A stretch of 64,000 nt of DNA from a virus, in the IMG/VR virus record IMGVR_UViG_3300035698_020241, positions 1-64,000 of that record. One strand, 5' to 3'. Shown piece after piece: positions 57,172 to 64,000 of the stretch. Position numbers and translations under genes: made by a program. Every line of letters begins with the position of its first letter. Positions within the stretch are counted from its first letter, which is position 1. The notes below the pieces were generated by a model. That model ran no database searches. It was not told the DNA's origin and worked only from the letters and a program-made list of their open reading frames with translations.

Positions 57172-57960
57172 TTAAGTATCTAATATCACCATAAGTTGTT
57201 CGTATGATATAATATCAATACCATATTTCCTCGCCTTTTTGGACTTACCACTCTGACTATCAGGATCATCAGTTACCAACATATTAACATCTTTACTTAT
57301 ACCCTTTACGGTTCCACCAAGAGATTCTATTTTCTTTTTAATAGCAGGTCTACTCATGTTTCCCTTACCTGTAAGAGTGAATTTCTTACCCTGTAATTTC
57401 TGTCCTACCTCAAACTTCAAACCTTGTTCAAGAAGAAATGTATATAATGGATAAAATTTACCACGATTTATAACAATGGATTCTGCTATAACCTCACCTA
57501 TACCATCTATATCCTCAAAGAAATCTTCATCATCTGAGAAAAATTGTAACATCATATCTTTAGGTGATATATCAGAATATGTATCACATATTGACTTACC
57601 AACCGATCTACCAACATTAGGCATTCCAAATGCTGATATCAGTTTATTTGGAGTAGTTCGTAATGTTCCTTGAATCTCATTAACGATCTGTTCTCCTCGT
57701 TTCATTCCGAAACCTTCTATCGTTGCAATTTCAAACTCATCAATCTCATACGCTTTCTGTATAGTGTTAATATTTAATTTCTTGAGGGTTTTTTCAGTTA
57801 TATACTCTGCTCCAAGGCGTACCAAAAAGTGTTCAACTTCTTTATAGGCTTTAGCAAGACAATCTACATTATTACATACCATATCAACACCTCTTGGAAC
57901 AGCACGGCCTCCACATGATGGACAAAATTCCGGAACATAATTAAAACCATTCATTTTCAT
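57172..57960 (-). CDS. ligA: NAD-dependent DNA ligase C-terminal half (Zn finger, HhH, BRCT)
   Basis: CPSCG...C.NVDC, IEGFGMKRG, FGMPNVG, IDGIGEV, BRCT FTLTG...GGTV...LVT...KSKKARKYGI.II. Confidence 0.88.
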   Translation of the reverse strand: MKMNGFNYVPEFCPSCGGRAVPRGVDMVCNNVDCLAKAYKEVEHFLVRLGAEYITEKTLKKLNINTIQKAYEIDEFEIATIEGFGMKRGEQIVNEIQGTLRTTPNKLISAFGMPNVGRSVGKSICDTYSDISPKDMMLQFFSDDEDFFEDIDGIGEVIAESIVINRGKFYPLYTFLLEQGLKFEVGQKLQGKKFTLTGKGNMSRPAIKKKIESLGGTVKGISKDVNMLVTDDPDSQSGKSKKARKYGIDIISYEQLMVILDT

Positions 57961-58091
57961 ATCCTTTCACACATGTATCCCTTATTATTAGCATTACATT
58001 TATGGCCTTTTATTCTATCATTTAATGTTCTTATTGTTTGTCCTACGTAAGACTTTCCTGTAATTTTGTTTATTGATTTATATATTATCAT
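57957..58091 (-). pseudogene. 44-aa remnant of a GIY-YIG homing endonuclease between the ligase halves
   Basis: MIIYKSINKITGKSYVGQTIRTLNDRIKGHKCNANNKGYMCERI*. Matches the N-termini of the three intact GIY-YIG genes in this window. Confidence 0.85.
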
Positions 58092-59125
58092 TTATAAACC
58101 TTTGAAATGAAAGGTATTACATCACCAGATCTCTGGATATCAATCATTGATCCTTTACATATTTTATTCTCTTGGATGTATTTTGCATTATGACCTGTGG
58201 CCCTTTGTATACTAACACCGTTTATTATAATAGTTTTAACAATAACTGTTGGAATTATTCTTCCAGTTCGTGAGGTATTCCATTCAACATCTATAACCTC
58301 TGTTTTAACACCTTTTTCATTTACTTTGAACGCTATTTTATTTTCAGGATAAAGAACATCCTCTCTTACATAATTGTCAGGTGTAATAACAAGACCATCA
58401 ATATCTTTCAGGTGAGATTTACACATCGTCAAGAAGTCTGTTAAAGATTCTATAACATCTGGAGAATTTGACATATGCATAATATTAGGAGTTTTCAATC
58501 CCATACTTTGCATCAATGTGAATTTGCTTATTTCACTATCATGTTCAACAGAACCCCCATCAAGTATCTCATAGAAGTATGGAACTATATATTTTGCATT
58601 CTTTATACCATCTTTATTCAGTATACCTGCAGTGCCATTTCTACGAGTTTTAAATCCAAGTTTCTTATGTGTGTCTCCTATCAACATAGCTTCACATCTG
58701 AAGGAAAAGTTATGTTTAAGATTTTTTATAACAGGACAGAACATCTTTGCCTTATCTGTTATATCACTACCCTGATAGCCATCACCTCTGGTTGTAGCAG
58801 AAATAACCTTACCGTCTTTAAATCCATATGTAACCATGAAACTTACACCATCAAGTTTTTCTGATATACAATGTGGTCCTGGGTGTTTCTCAATCCACTT
58901 TTCTATTGTATCCGTCTTTTTTTTATGAAGGCTGCCGAGTACAAAAGGTAGGTCTACCTTTTTACCAGAAATAGGAGCACCAATATCATCAAAGTAAGGA
59001 TGGTCAGGTCTTATAGCCCTTGCCTTATCTTTCAAATCATCATAATCGGCGTCTGTTATTTCAACATCACCGTTATAATAGGCATCATCGTGTTCCTTTA
59101 AGGTTCTTATCATCAAATCAAACAT
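58088..59125 (-). CDS. ligA: NAD-dependent DNA ligase N-terminal half (adenylation plus OB domains)
   Basis: AYYNG...DADYD, EKLDG (motif I), TRGDG, IDGLVI, IAFK, SRTGRIIP, ATGHN, RSGDVIP, then stop. Confidence 0.92.
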   Translation of the reverse strand: MFDLMIRTLKEHDDAYYNGDVEITDADYDDLKDKARAIRPDHPYFDDIGAPISGKKVDLPFVLGSLHKKKTDTIEKWIEKHPGPHCISEKLDGVSFMVTYGFKDGKVISATTRGDGYQGSDITDKAKMFCPVIKNLKHNFSFRCEAMLIGDTHKKLGFKTRRNGTAGILNKDGIKNAKYIVPYFYEILDGGSVEHDSEISKFTLMQSMGLKTPNIMHMSNSPDVIESLTDFLTMCKSHLKDIDGLVITPDNYVREDVLYPENKIAFKVNEKGVKTEVIDVEWNTSRTGRIIPTVIVKTIIINGVSIQRATGHNAKYIQENKICKGSMIDIQRSGDVIPFISKVYK

Positions 59126-59134
59126 CTTATCTCC

Positions 59135-59476
59135 TTAGTGTAACCCATCTACAAGTCCTAATGAACTTGCAATAATCAACCAACCTTGTATATCAGTTAA
59201 ACCTTCACTAACAAACCATTCAACAGCTTTATATGGAAAATCCCTTAAAAATTCATCTTTCAAAATTTTATAATTCTGAGAATTTATTAACTCTAATATT
59301 GTTATACCGTTATCATCGGCGATCATTTTATTTAATTGTTTCTTATTTGACAACCCTTTAAATTTTTCACCAAATTTTTCACCGATTCTATCCGATTCTT
59401 CATTTGTCATGTTATTAAGAGTAACAATAGCCGCTCTTAATTCAAAAACATTATAAGGTATTTCCATCTTTTCCAT
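59135..59476 (-). CDS. Hypothetical protein
   Basis: AGGAG RBS. Confidence 0.55.
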   Translation of the reverse strand: MEKMEIPYNVFELRAAIVTLNNMTNEESDRIGEKFGEKFKGLSNKKQLNKMIADDNGITILELINSQNYKILKDEFLRDFPYKAVEWFVSEGLTDIQGWLIIASSLGLVDGLH

Positions 59477-59492
59477 ATTTTTATCTCTCCTA

Positions 59493-60251
59493 TTAAACTA
59501 TATCTATATCAGAGTTTCTATCTTTTCCATCTTTTCCATCCTTTTCATCACCATATACTTCTCTTTTATGATATACATCTTCAAGTTCTTTACAAAGAAC
59601 CCTTTTTATTTTTTTTAAGTCTCCTACTTTCATATCATCCAGTTGATCATCATACATAAGTCTTTTTATAGTTGAGTCTACAACTGCTTGTCTACCCTTT
59701 GACTCACCTAATTCACCTACTGCAGAAAGAGAACGAACCGTGGCTTCCACAGAGTCACATATCATCAAAACGGCTGCCTCTATACTTTGAGGAGGACTAC
59801 ACTTATATCTGAATAAATCCTCTGGAATATCAGGGTTTATATCTATTGCCTTTTTATAAAAAAATTGTAGTACAGTACTACCATGATGCTGTGCGATTAT
59901 ATTCATCACATCCATTGGCATATCTTTTATATCCAAAAGCATAACAACACTATCACCAACATGTCTTGTAAGTATCTGATAAGATAATATAGGATCAATG
60001 TTTTCATGAATATTTTTCCCACCATTCTGATTCTCACTGAAAGCCTCAGGATAATTTATTTTACCTATATCATGGTAATGTGCCGCAACAAGTAAAGTAT
60101 CAACATCAAGTCCTAGTTTCAAAGCAACACTTTCACAAAAACTAGCAACATTCTTACAATGTTTAAAGGTACCAGGTGCTACCTCTCTAAATTTTTCAAG
60201 TAAGGGATACTTTGAATCCAAAAATTTTTTAATATCTACCTTGTCTGGCAT
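59493..60251 (-). CDS. Stand-alone HD-domain phosphohydrolase of the PgpH/YqfF (7TM-HDIG) family, lacking the membrane region
   Basis: PLLEKFREVAPGTFKH, HYHDIGK..P..FSENQ, H, IIAQHHGST.L.FFYKKA, FRY...PQS.EAAVLMICDSVEATVRSL, DDQLD. Confidence 0.85.
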   Translation of the reverse strand: MPDKVDIKKFLDSKYPLLEKFREVAPGTFKHCKNVASFCESVALKLGLDVDTLLVAAHYHDIGKINYPEAFSENQNGGKNIHENIDPILSYQILTRHVGDSVVMLLDIKDMPMDVMNIIAQHHGSTVLQFFYKKAIDINPDIPEDLFRYKCSPPQSIEAAVLMICDSVEATVRSLSAVGELGESKGRQAVVDSTIKRLMYDDQLDDMKVGDLKKIKRVLCKELEDVYHKREVYGDEKDGKDGKDRNSDIDIV

Positions 60252-60294
60252 TTTGTTTGCTCCTTTTCATTTAATTTCTATACCTATTACTTTT

Positions 60295-60323
60295 ATTATA
60301 TCACAGTGATCCTGTCTTGTAAA
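60295..60323 (-). promoter_or_regulatory. Sigma70-type promoter
   Basis: TTTACA-N17-TATAAT. Confidence 0.85.
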
Positions 60324-60325
60324 CC

Positions 60326-60350
60326 AAAAAAACCGTAGTAATCCACGGTT
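60326..60350 (-). terminator. Intrinsic terminator after the tRNA cluster
   Basis: AACCGUGG-AUUA-CUACGGUU plus a U-tract. Confidence 0.75.
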
Positions 60351-60355
60351 GAATA

Positions 60356-60433
60356 TGGTAGCGAAGGTGGGAGTCGAACCCACAAAGACGCTTACTTTTG
60401 AGGCAAGCCGATATACCAGTTCTCTACTTCGCC
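60356..60433 (-). tRNA. tRNA-Leu(CAA), short variable region
   Basis: Acceptor GGCGAAG/CTTCGCT-A-CCA; anticodon arm GCTTGC-CTCAAAA-GTAAGC; T arm GTGGG-TTCGACT-CCCAC. Confidence 0.82.
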
Positions 60434-60434
60434 T

Positions 60435-60508
60435 TGGAAGCGATGATGGGTGACGATCCCATATACTAACGGGGTTGCAATCCGTTGCCCAGGCCGCTGG
60501 TCATCGCT
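60435..60508 (-). tRNA. Atypical tRNA-Cys(GCA)
   Basis: Acceptor AGCGATG/CATCGCT-T-CCA (U73); anticodon arm ACGGA-TTGCAAC-CCCGT; T arm ATGGG-ATCGTCA-CCCAT; non-canonical D region. Confidence 0.7.
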
Positions 60509-60520
60509 CTATGTTTTTTC

Positions 60521-60820
60521 TTATTTAAGTTTGACGCCTGTTATTTTTCTTATCATGTTCTTGAATTTATCCCAGTCCGCCGCTCTTACTATCATTTCCA
60601 TTTCTTCAATCTGTTTATGTGTAGCCTTCTGATAAAACTGGGCCATTTCCTGAAATCCTATATTAGCCTCATAAGACGCTTCATCCTTACGAGGACTTAA
60701 GATATAATTTTTAAATGTTGGCATATATTTCTTCCATTCCTTTAATCTTAAAGCACTTGTACAACTGTTTGACGGTTTCACAGGGAAACTTGTACGACTT
60801 TTCATAGTTATTTTACCCAT
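60521..60820 (-). CDS. Hypothetical protein inside the tRNA cluster
   Basis: AAGGAG RBS; TATAAACA late-like box at 60839-60846. Confidence 0.55.
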   Translation of the reverse strand: MGKITMKSRTSFPVKPSNSCTSALRLKEWKKYMPTFKNYILSPRKDEASYEANIGFQEMAQFYQKATHKQIEEMEMIVRAADWDKFKNMIRKITGVKLK

Positions 60821-60856
60821 TTATATATCTCCTTAGATTGTTTATAAAAAGGTGTT

Positions 60857-60932
60857 TGGAGCGGGTACTTAGGAATCGAACCTAAAATCTCTAGTCGGGT
60901 AGACCATTGTAATACCATTATACCATACCTGC
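60857..60932 (-). tRNA. tRNA-Gly-type body with anticodon ACC
   Basis: GCAGGTA/TACCCGC-T-CCA; Gly-like D arm GTATAATGGTATTAC; anticodon loop CT-ACC-CG; T arm TTAGG-TTCGATT-CCTAA. Confidence 0.72.
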
Positions 60933-60947
60933 ACATTGTACCTTTAT

Positions 60948-61316
60948 TTATGAAATTCTTGGTAAATCTTCAATAGAAGTTTTCTCTACCAATTTTATAT
61001 TTGAGGAATATAACTGCCTTTTTGTTCTACTACCGAAATGAACGGCGAATAATTCCCTCTCGTAATCCCATAGAACTTCAACAAAATTATCTTCATCCTT
61101 TATAAATGTTCTATAAAAAACTCCTCTTTCATTTTGAACTATCGGTATACGATGGTTTTTACGAAAAGAGTGTCTTTCAGCATATTCTGGGTTCAAGAAA
61201 TCCTCATTTTCCTTTTCAAGGACTTTTATTCTATCTCTCGTTTTACACCCTATACTACCTATAATTAATCCAAATACAACACTTAAACAAATTACTATCG
61301 CAATATCCCAAAACAT
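60948..61316 (-). CDS. Hypothetical single-pass membrane protein
   Basis: N-terminal hydrophobic helix. Confidence 0.6.
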   Translation of the reverse strand: MFWDIAIVICLSVVFGLIIGSIGCKTRDRIKVLEKENEDFLNPEYAERHSFRKNHRIPIVQNERGVFYRTFIKDEDNFVEVLWDYERELFAVHFGSRTKRQLYSSNIKLVEKTSIEDLPRIS

Positions 61317-61317
61317 A

Positions 61318-61455
61318 TTATTTCTTCTCCTTTTTCATTTCTTCTACTTTACATTTATGGAAAAAATTACCAAATAATTGGAAAATTCCAATCCATCCTA
61401 TTTGTTCACCACATGATTGACAACACCAACTATTATATTTTACATTCTTCATCAT
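61318..61455 (-). CDS. 45-aa micro-ORF with CxxC...HxC (not in ORF track)
   Basis: MMKNVKYNSWCCQSCGEQIGWIGIFQLFGNFFHKCKVEEMKKEKK*; TAATG overlap. Confidence 0.5.
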   Translation of the reverse strand: MMKNVKYNSWCCQSCGEQIGWIGIFQLFGNFFHKCKVEEMKKEKK

Positions 61456-61994
61456 TAAAATCTATAAACCGTTGATTTTTCAGGTATTAATACATTTTCA
61501 TCTGGACCTAAAGTATTGATAACACTTGCTGAGTATGCCCAATCTATTACACTCTGCTTTTTACCTTCATGGGTACAAAGTTTTTTCGGATCTGGTCTAT
61601 AACCAACACGGCCAAGGTCAAGTCTATCCATATCCCAGCATGTCGTAATAGTGACATCATGAGATCGTGTTCCACCCATATTATGATGTTTAATGGCATA
61701 CATTAAACAATCAATTTGCTTATGTGTATATTCTTTAAGTTCATATTTGAGTAAAGACGCAACATATCTTGCACCTCTTATACCATGGAAATCGTCAGGA
61801 CCTTCTGTTACTCTTTGTGAATCATGGAGTAAAGCGAACAAATCACAAACATCTTGATCTGCTCCTGTCAAAGGTGCAAGGTATCTACCTATCCTTAACA
61901 CTCTGGACCAGTGGGACATACCATGTGTACCTTCAATTCTCAGTCTATATTGACCCAGCACTTTTGACATTATACTATTTGTATCAACTGACAT
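61455..61994 (-). CDS. HD-superfamily phosphohydrolase
   Basis: HGMSHWSRV, FALLHDS, HH, CWDMDRLDL. Confidence 0.82.
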   Translation of the reverse strand: MSVDTNSIMSKVLGQYRLRIEGTHGMSHWSRVLRIGRYLAPLTGADQDVCDLFALLHDSQRVTEGPDDFHGIRGARYVASLLKYELKEYTHKQIDCLMYAIKHHNMGGTRSHDVTITTCWDMDRLDLGRVGYRPDPKKLCTHEGKKQSVIDWAYSASVINTLGPDENVLIPEKSTVYRF

Positions 61995-62014
61995 ATTATT
62001 CCTTTCTATCTATT

Positions 62015-62043
62015 ATTATACATGGTTTTATTCAAAATGTAAA
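62015..62043 (-). promoter_or_regulatory. Sigma70-type promoter
   Basis: TTTACA-N17-TATAAT with TG. Confidence 0.85.
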
Positions 62044-62044
62044 C

Positions 62045-62794
62045 CTACTCTGGGAGCCAATCCCACCATCCTTCCTCATGAGTCATTGAGAGTGCTGTCC
62101 AATCACAACCCTTGTATGAGTTTCTACGATAATGATGAAAATGTCCAAAATACCATTTTTTCGGTCTATACTTGTCAAAAGCGATATTTAAAGCTACACA
62201 ACTCGGGTCTGTATGTTTCCCTAGGTACATCTCCATTTTCATTCCATCGAAGAAATATCTCGGGCATGTATGGGATATAATGATATCCACATCAATATCC
62301 GGTAGCGCATCAACATCCGCTTGATCTATGACCTCAGTTTTCCACCAGTCGAGACCTTGAGTTCTATATTCAAAGTCAATACTATGTCCACCGCCGATGA
62401 AAAGTACAACCCTTCCATCAGGTAGAGTCACATAGGACCCTCTGGGACAATGCCACACATCACTGAAATTTGGCATAGGAAAAGGCTCACGTTTATCTAT
62501 AAGAACCTTTAGTGAATCATGGTCGTCATGATTTCCATCACACCAGTAAAATCTTATATCATTACCATTTATGTCTCTATTCTTTAGACCAAACTGATCC
62601 CAAGGCTTACGTTTAACACAGCCATTCATATTCATTTCTGTATTTTGATGGAGTTTAGGAAAATACCCAAAGTCACCGCACTGGAGTATCATGTGAGGTT
62701 TCCTGCTACTAATCAATTGATTAACAGGATACCAAACTCCATGTGTGTCACCGAGTACCATTATTCTATCTTTATTTGGTTTACTAATCTGCAT
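62045..62794 (-). CDS. Calcineurin-like metallophosphoesterase
   Basis: GDTHG, GDFG, DGNHD, SHTCP, GHFH. Confidence 0.9.
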   Translation of the reverse strand: MQISKPNKDRIMVLGDTHGVWYPVNQLISSRKPHMILQCGDFGYFPKLHQNTEMNMNGCVKRKPWDQFGLKNRDINGNDIRFYWCDGNHDDHDSLKVLIDKREPFPMPNFSDVWHCPRGSYVTLPDGRVVLFIGGGHSIDFEYRTQGLDWWKTEVIDQADVDALPDIDVDIIISHTCPRYFFDGMKMEMYLGKHTDPSCVALNIAFDKYRPKKWYFGHFHHYRRNSYKGCDWTALSMTHEEGWWDWLPE

Positions 62795-62808
62795 TCTCTT
62801 TACTCCTT

Positions 62809-63444
62809 TTAAAACACTTTCAATAGGAAAAGATATAGTTTTTCTTCTTTTCCTTCTTCTATTCTTTCCATTTCATAGGCTATACCAACATCAATCAATT
62901 TATTAACCTTCTTTTTTATAATTAAGAATGTTTCATAAAACCGTATATCATAGCCTATTGTATAATCTATATTTTTATAAATCCATATAACCTTTGTTGT
63001 GGGACATGGTTTTGAATCTTTAATATATAACGAAAAACCAAAAGATAATCTATAATCATATTCATATTCATCAATTTTTCTATTGATATCACCTGGTAAA
63101 TATAAATTTGCATTCTCTGAATTTCGTTTTTTACTATATTCTATTCTACCATATGAGGTTAATACATCAAACTTTCGTAATGTATATTGACCTATTGGAG
63201 TCTTTTTAAATTTATTACCTATAAATTTTGTTGTATAATCTATTGCGGCATCCCTTCTTATATCCTCAAGTTCCTCTCTACCATATGAATTTTCAAGAAA
63301 CTCCTCATCATAAGACAAGGCATAATAAGGACTATTATAATTTGATTGTTCTTTTTCAAGGATATCAGCATTTGATGTGAACGTGAGCGCACAGAGAAAC
63401 AAAGTAAAGAGGACGATTTTTAGAATATGGACCGTCGCCCTCAT
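62809..63444 (-). CDS. Secreted or envelope hypothetical protein
   Basis: Signal-peptide-like N-terminus; aromatic beta-strand-rich C-half ending in Phe. Confidence 0.5.
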   Translation of the reverse strand: MRATVHILKIVLFTLFLCALTFTSNADILEKEQSNYNSPYYALSYDEEFLENSYGREELEDIRRDAAIDYTTKFIGNKFKKTPIGQYTLRKFDVLTSYGRIEYSKKRNSENANLYLPGDINRKIDEYEYDYRLSFGFSLYIKDSKPCPTTKVIWIYKNIDYTIGYDIRFYETFLIIKKKVNKLIDVGIAYEMERIEEGKEEKLYLFLLKVF

Positions 63445-63447
63445 AAA

Positions 63448-63999
63448 TTACAATGCTTCTTGTAACATTTTTACTATCCACTTGGCATGGTTATACACAT
63501 ATTGGGTTTCTTTTTTGTCAAGACTTTCCATATATCCGCTATTGTCTTTAAGAAAATCTTTTTTAGCGTCTTTAAGCATATATTTTATATATTCTCCCAG
63601 TTGCTTATTTTCTTTCATCTCACCATATTTAGAGAATATTCCCTGTATCCGCATTGGTGTGAGATATGATCTAAATTCATCATGTAGGTCAAGGAGTTCC
63701 TGAGATATAGGGTCTTTTTGACTCTTAACTCTTTTCTTTCTTTTCATTTTTTCTATGAATTTTTCATTCTTTTTCTTCAAATATACTGTATGTCCGCCAG
63801 AATTTATGTAATATTCATAGTAAGGTTTAATAACCACACCTTCCATTATATTATCACCTTCTGCAATAGGATATATACAACTTTTAAGAACCACATCATA
63901 CTCTATAGCTTTTCTTAATCCCGTTACCATATCAACCGTAGGACATAACAGGTATAACAGTCCTCTATCTCCAAAGAAACATTCCATTCCTTTATCAGA
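63448..63999 (-). CDS. RNA ligase, Rnl2-like (5'-truncated by window edge)
   Basis: Frame is open to the window end. Nucleotidyltransferase motifs IV (EGVVIKP) and V (LKKKNEKF), followed by a helical C-domain. Confidence 0.72.
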   Translation of the reverse strand, partial: SDKGMECFFGDRGLLYLLCPTVDMVTGLRKAIEYDVVLKSCIYPIAEGDNIMEGVVIKPYYEYYINSGGHTVYLKKKNEKFIEKMKRKKRVKSQKDPISQELLDLHDEFRSYLTPMRIQGIFSKYGEMKENKQLGEYIKYMLKDAKKDFLKDNSGYMESLDKKETQYVYNHAKWIVKMLQEAL

Positions 64000-64000
64000 A

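Noticed and set aside
466-63918. Numerous short opposite-strand ORFs in the track (e.g. 734..1027, 6596..6952, 33948..34427, 35961..36386, 58475..58864)
   Set aside because: They are antisense shadows of well-supported genes, with no RBS, motifs or operon context.
1-64000. Stop-codon reassignment (alternative genetic code)
   Set aside because: Core genes are full length in the standard code, and TAA, TAG and TGA all end genes. The two split genes are frame-shifted relative to each other, not interrupted by single in-frame stops.

Overview
This AT-rich window looks like part of a large T4-like (jumbo-type) bacteriophage genome read in the standard genetic code. There are two convergent gene blocks: + strand from 1 to about 23.3 kb and - strand from about 23.3 kb to 64 kb. 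T4-like core genes include gp55 late sigma, gp47/gp46 recombination nuclease, UvsX/RecA, gp61 primase, RNase H, gp32 SSB, a Holliday junction resolvase, class II RNR (NrdJ, with a cis intein), ThyA, NAD-dependent ligase and an Rnl2-like RNA ligase. Eleven near-identical sigma70-type promoters (TTTACA/T-N17-TATAAT-like) and a few T4-late-type TATAAATA boxes are visible. Main points of interest: (1) gp46 is a fractured gene, with an atypically split intein (23-aa IntN, 122-aa IntC) flanking a free-standing Vsr-like endonuclease. (2) LigA is in two pieces, bridged by an unannotated 44-aa GIY-YIG remnant that overlaps both halves via ATGA. (3) A glycosylation island of about 17 kb contains a UDP-sulfoquinovose synthase. 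(4) There is a stand-alone soluble PgpH-type HD domain. (5) Three non-canonical tRNA genes lie near RNA-repair-type genes. (6) A 21-blade (3x7) mosaic RCC1 protein follows a tail-fibre-like gene. All functional calls come from motif recognition by eye; no database searches were run.
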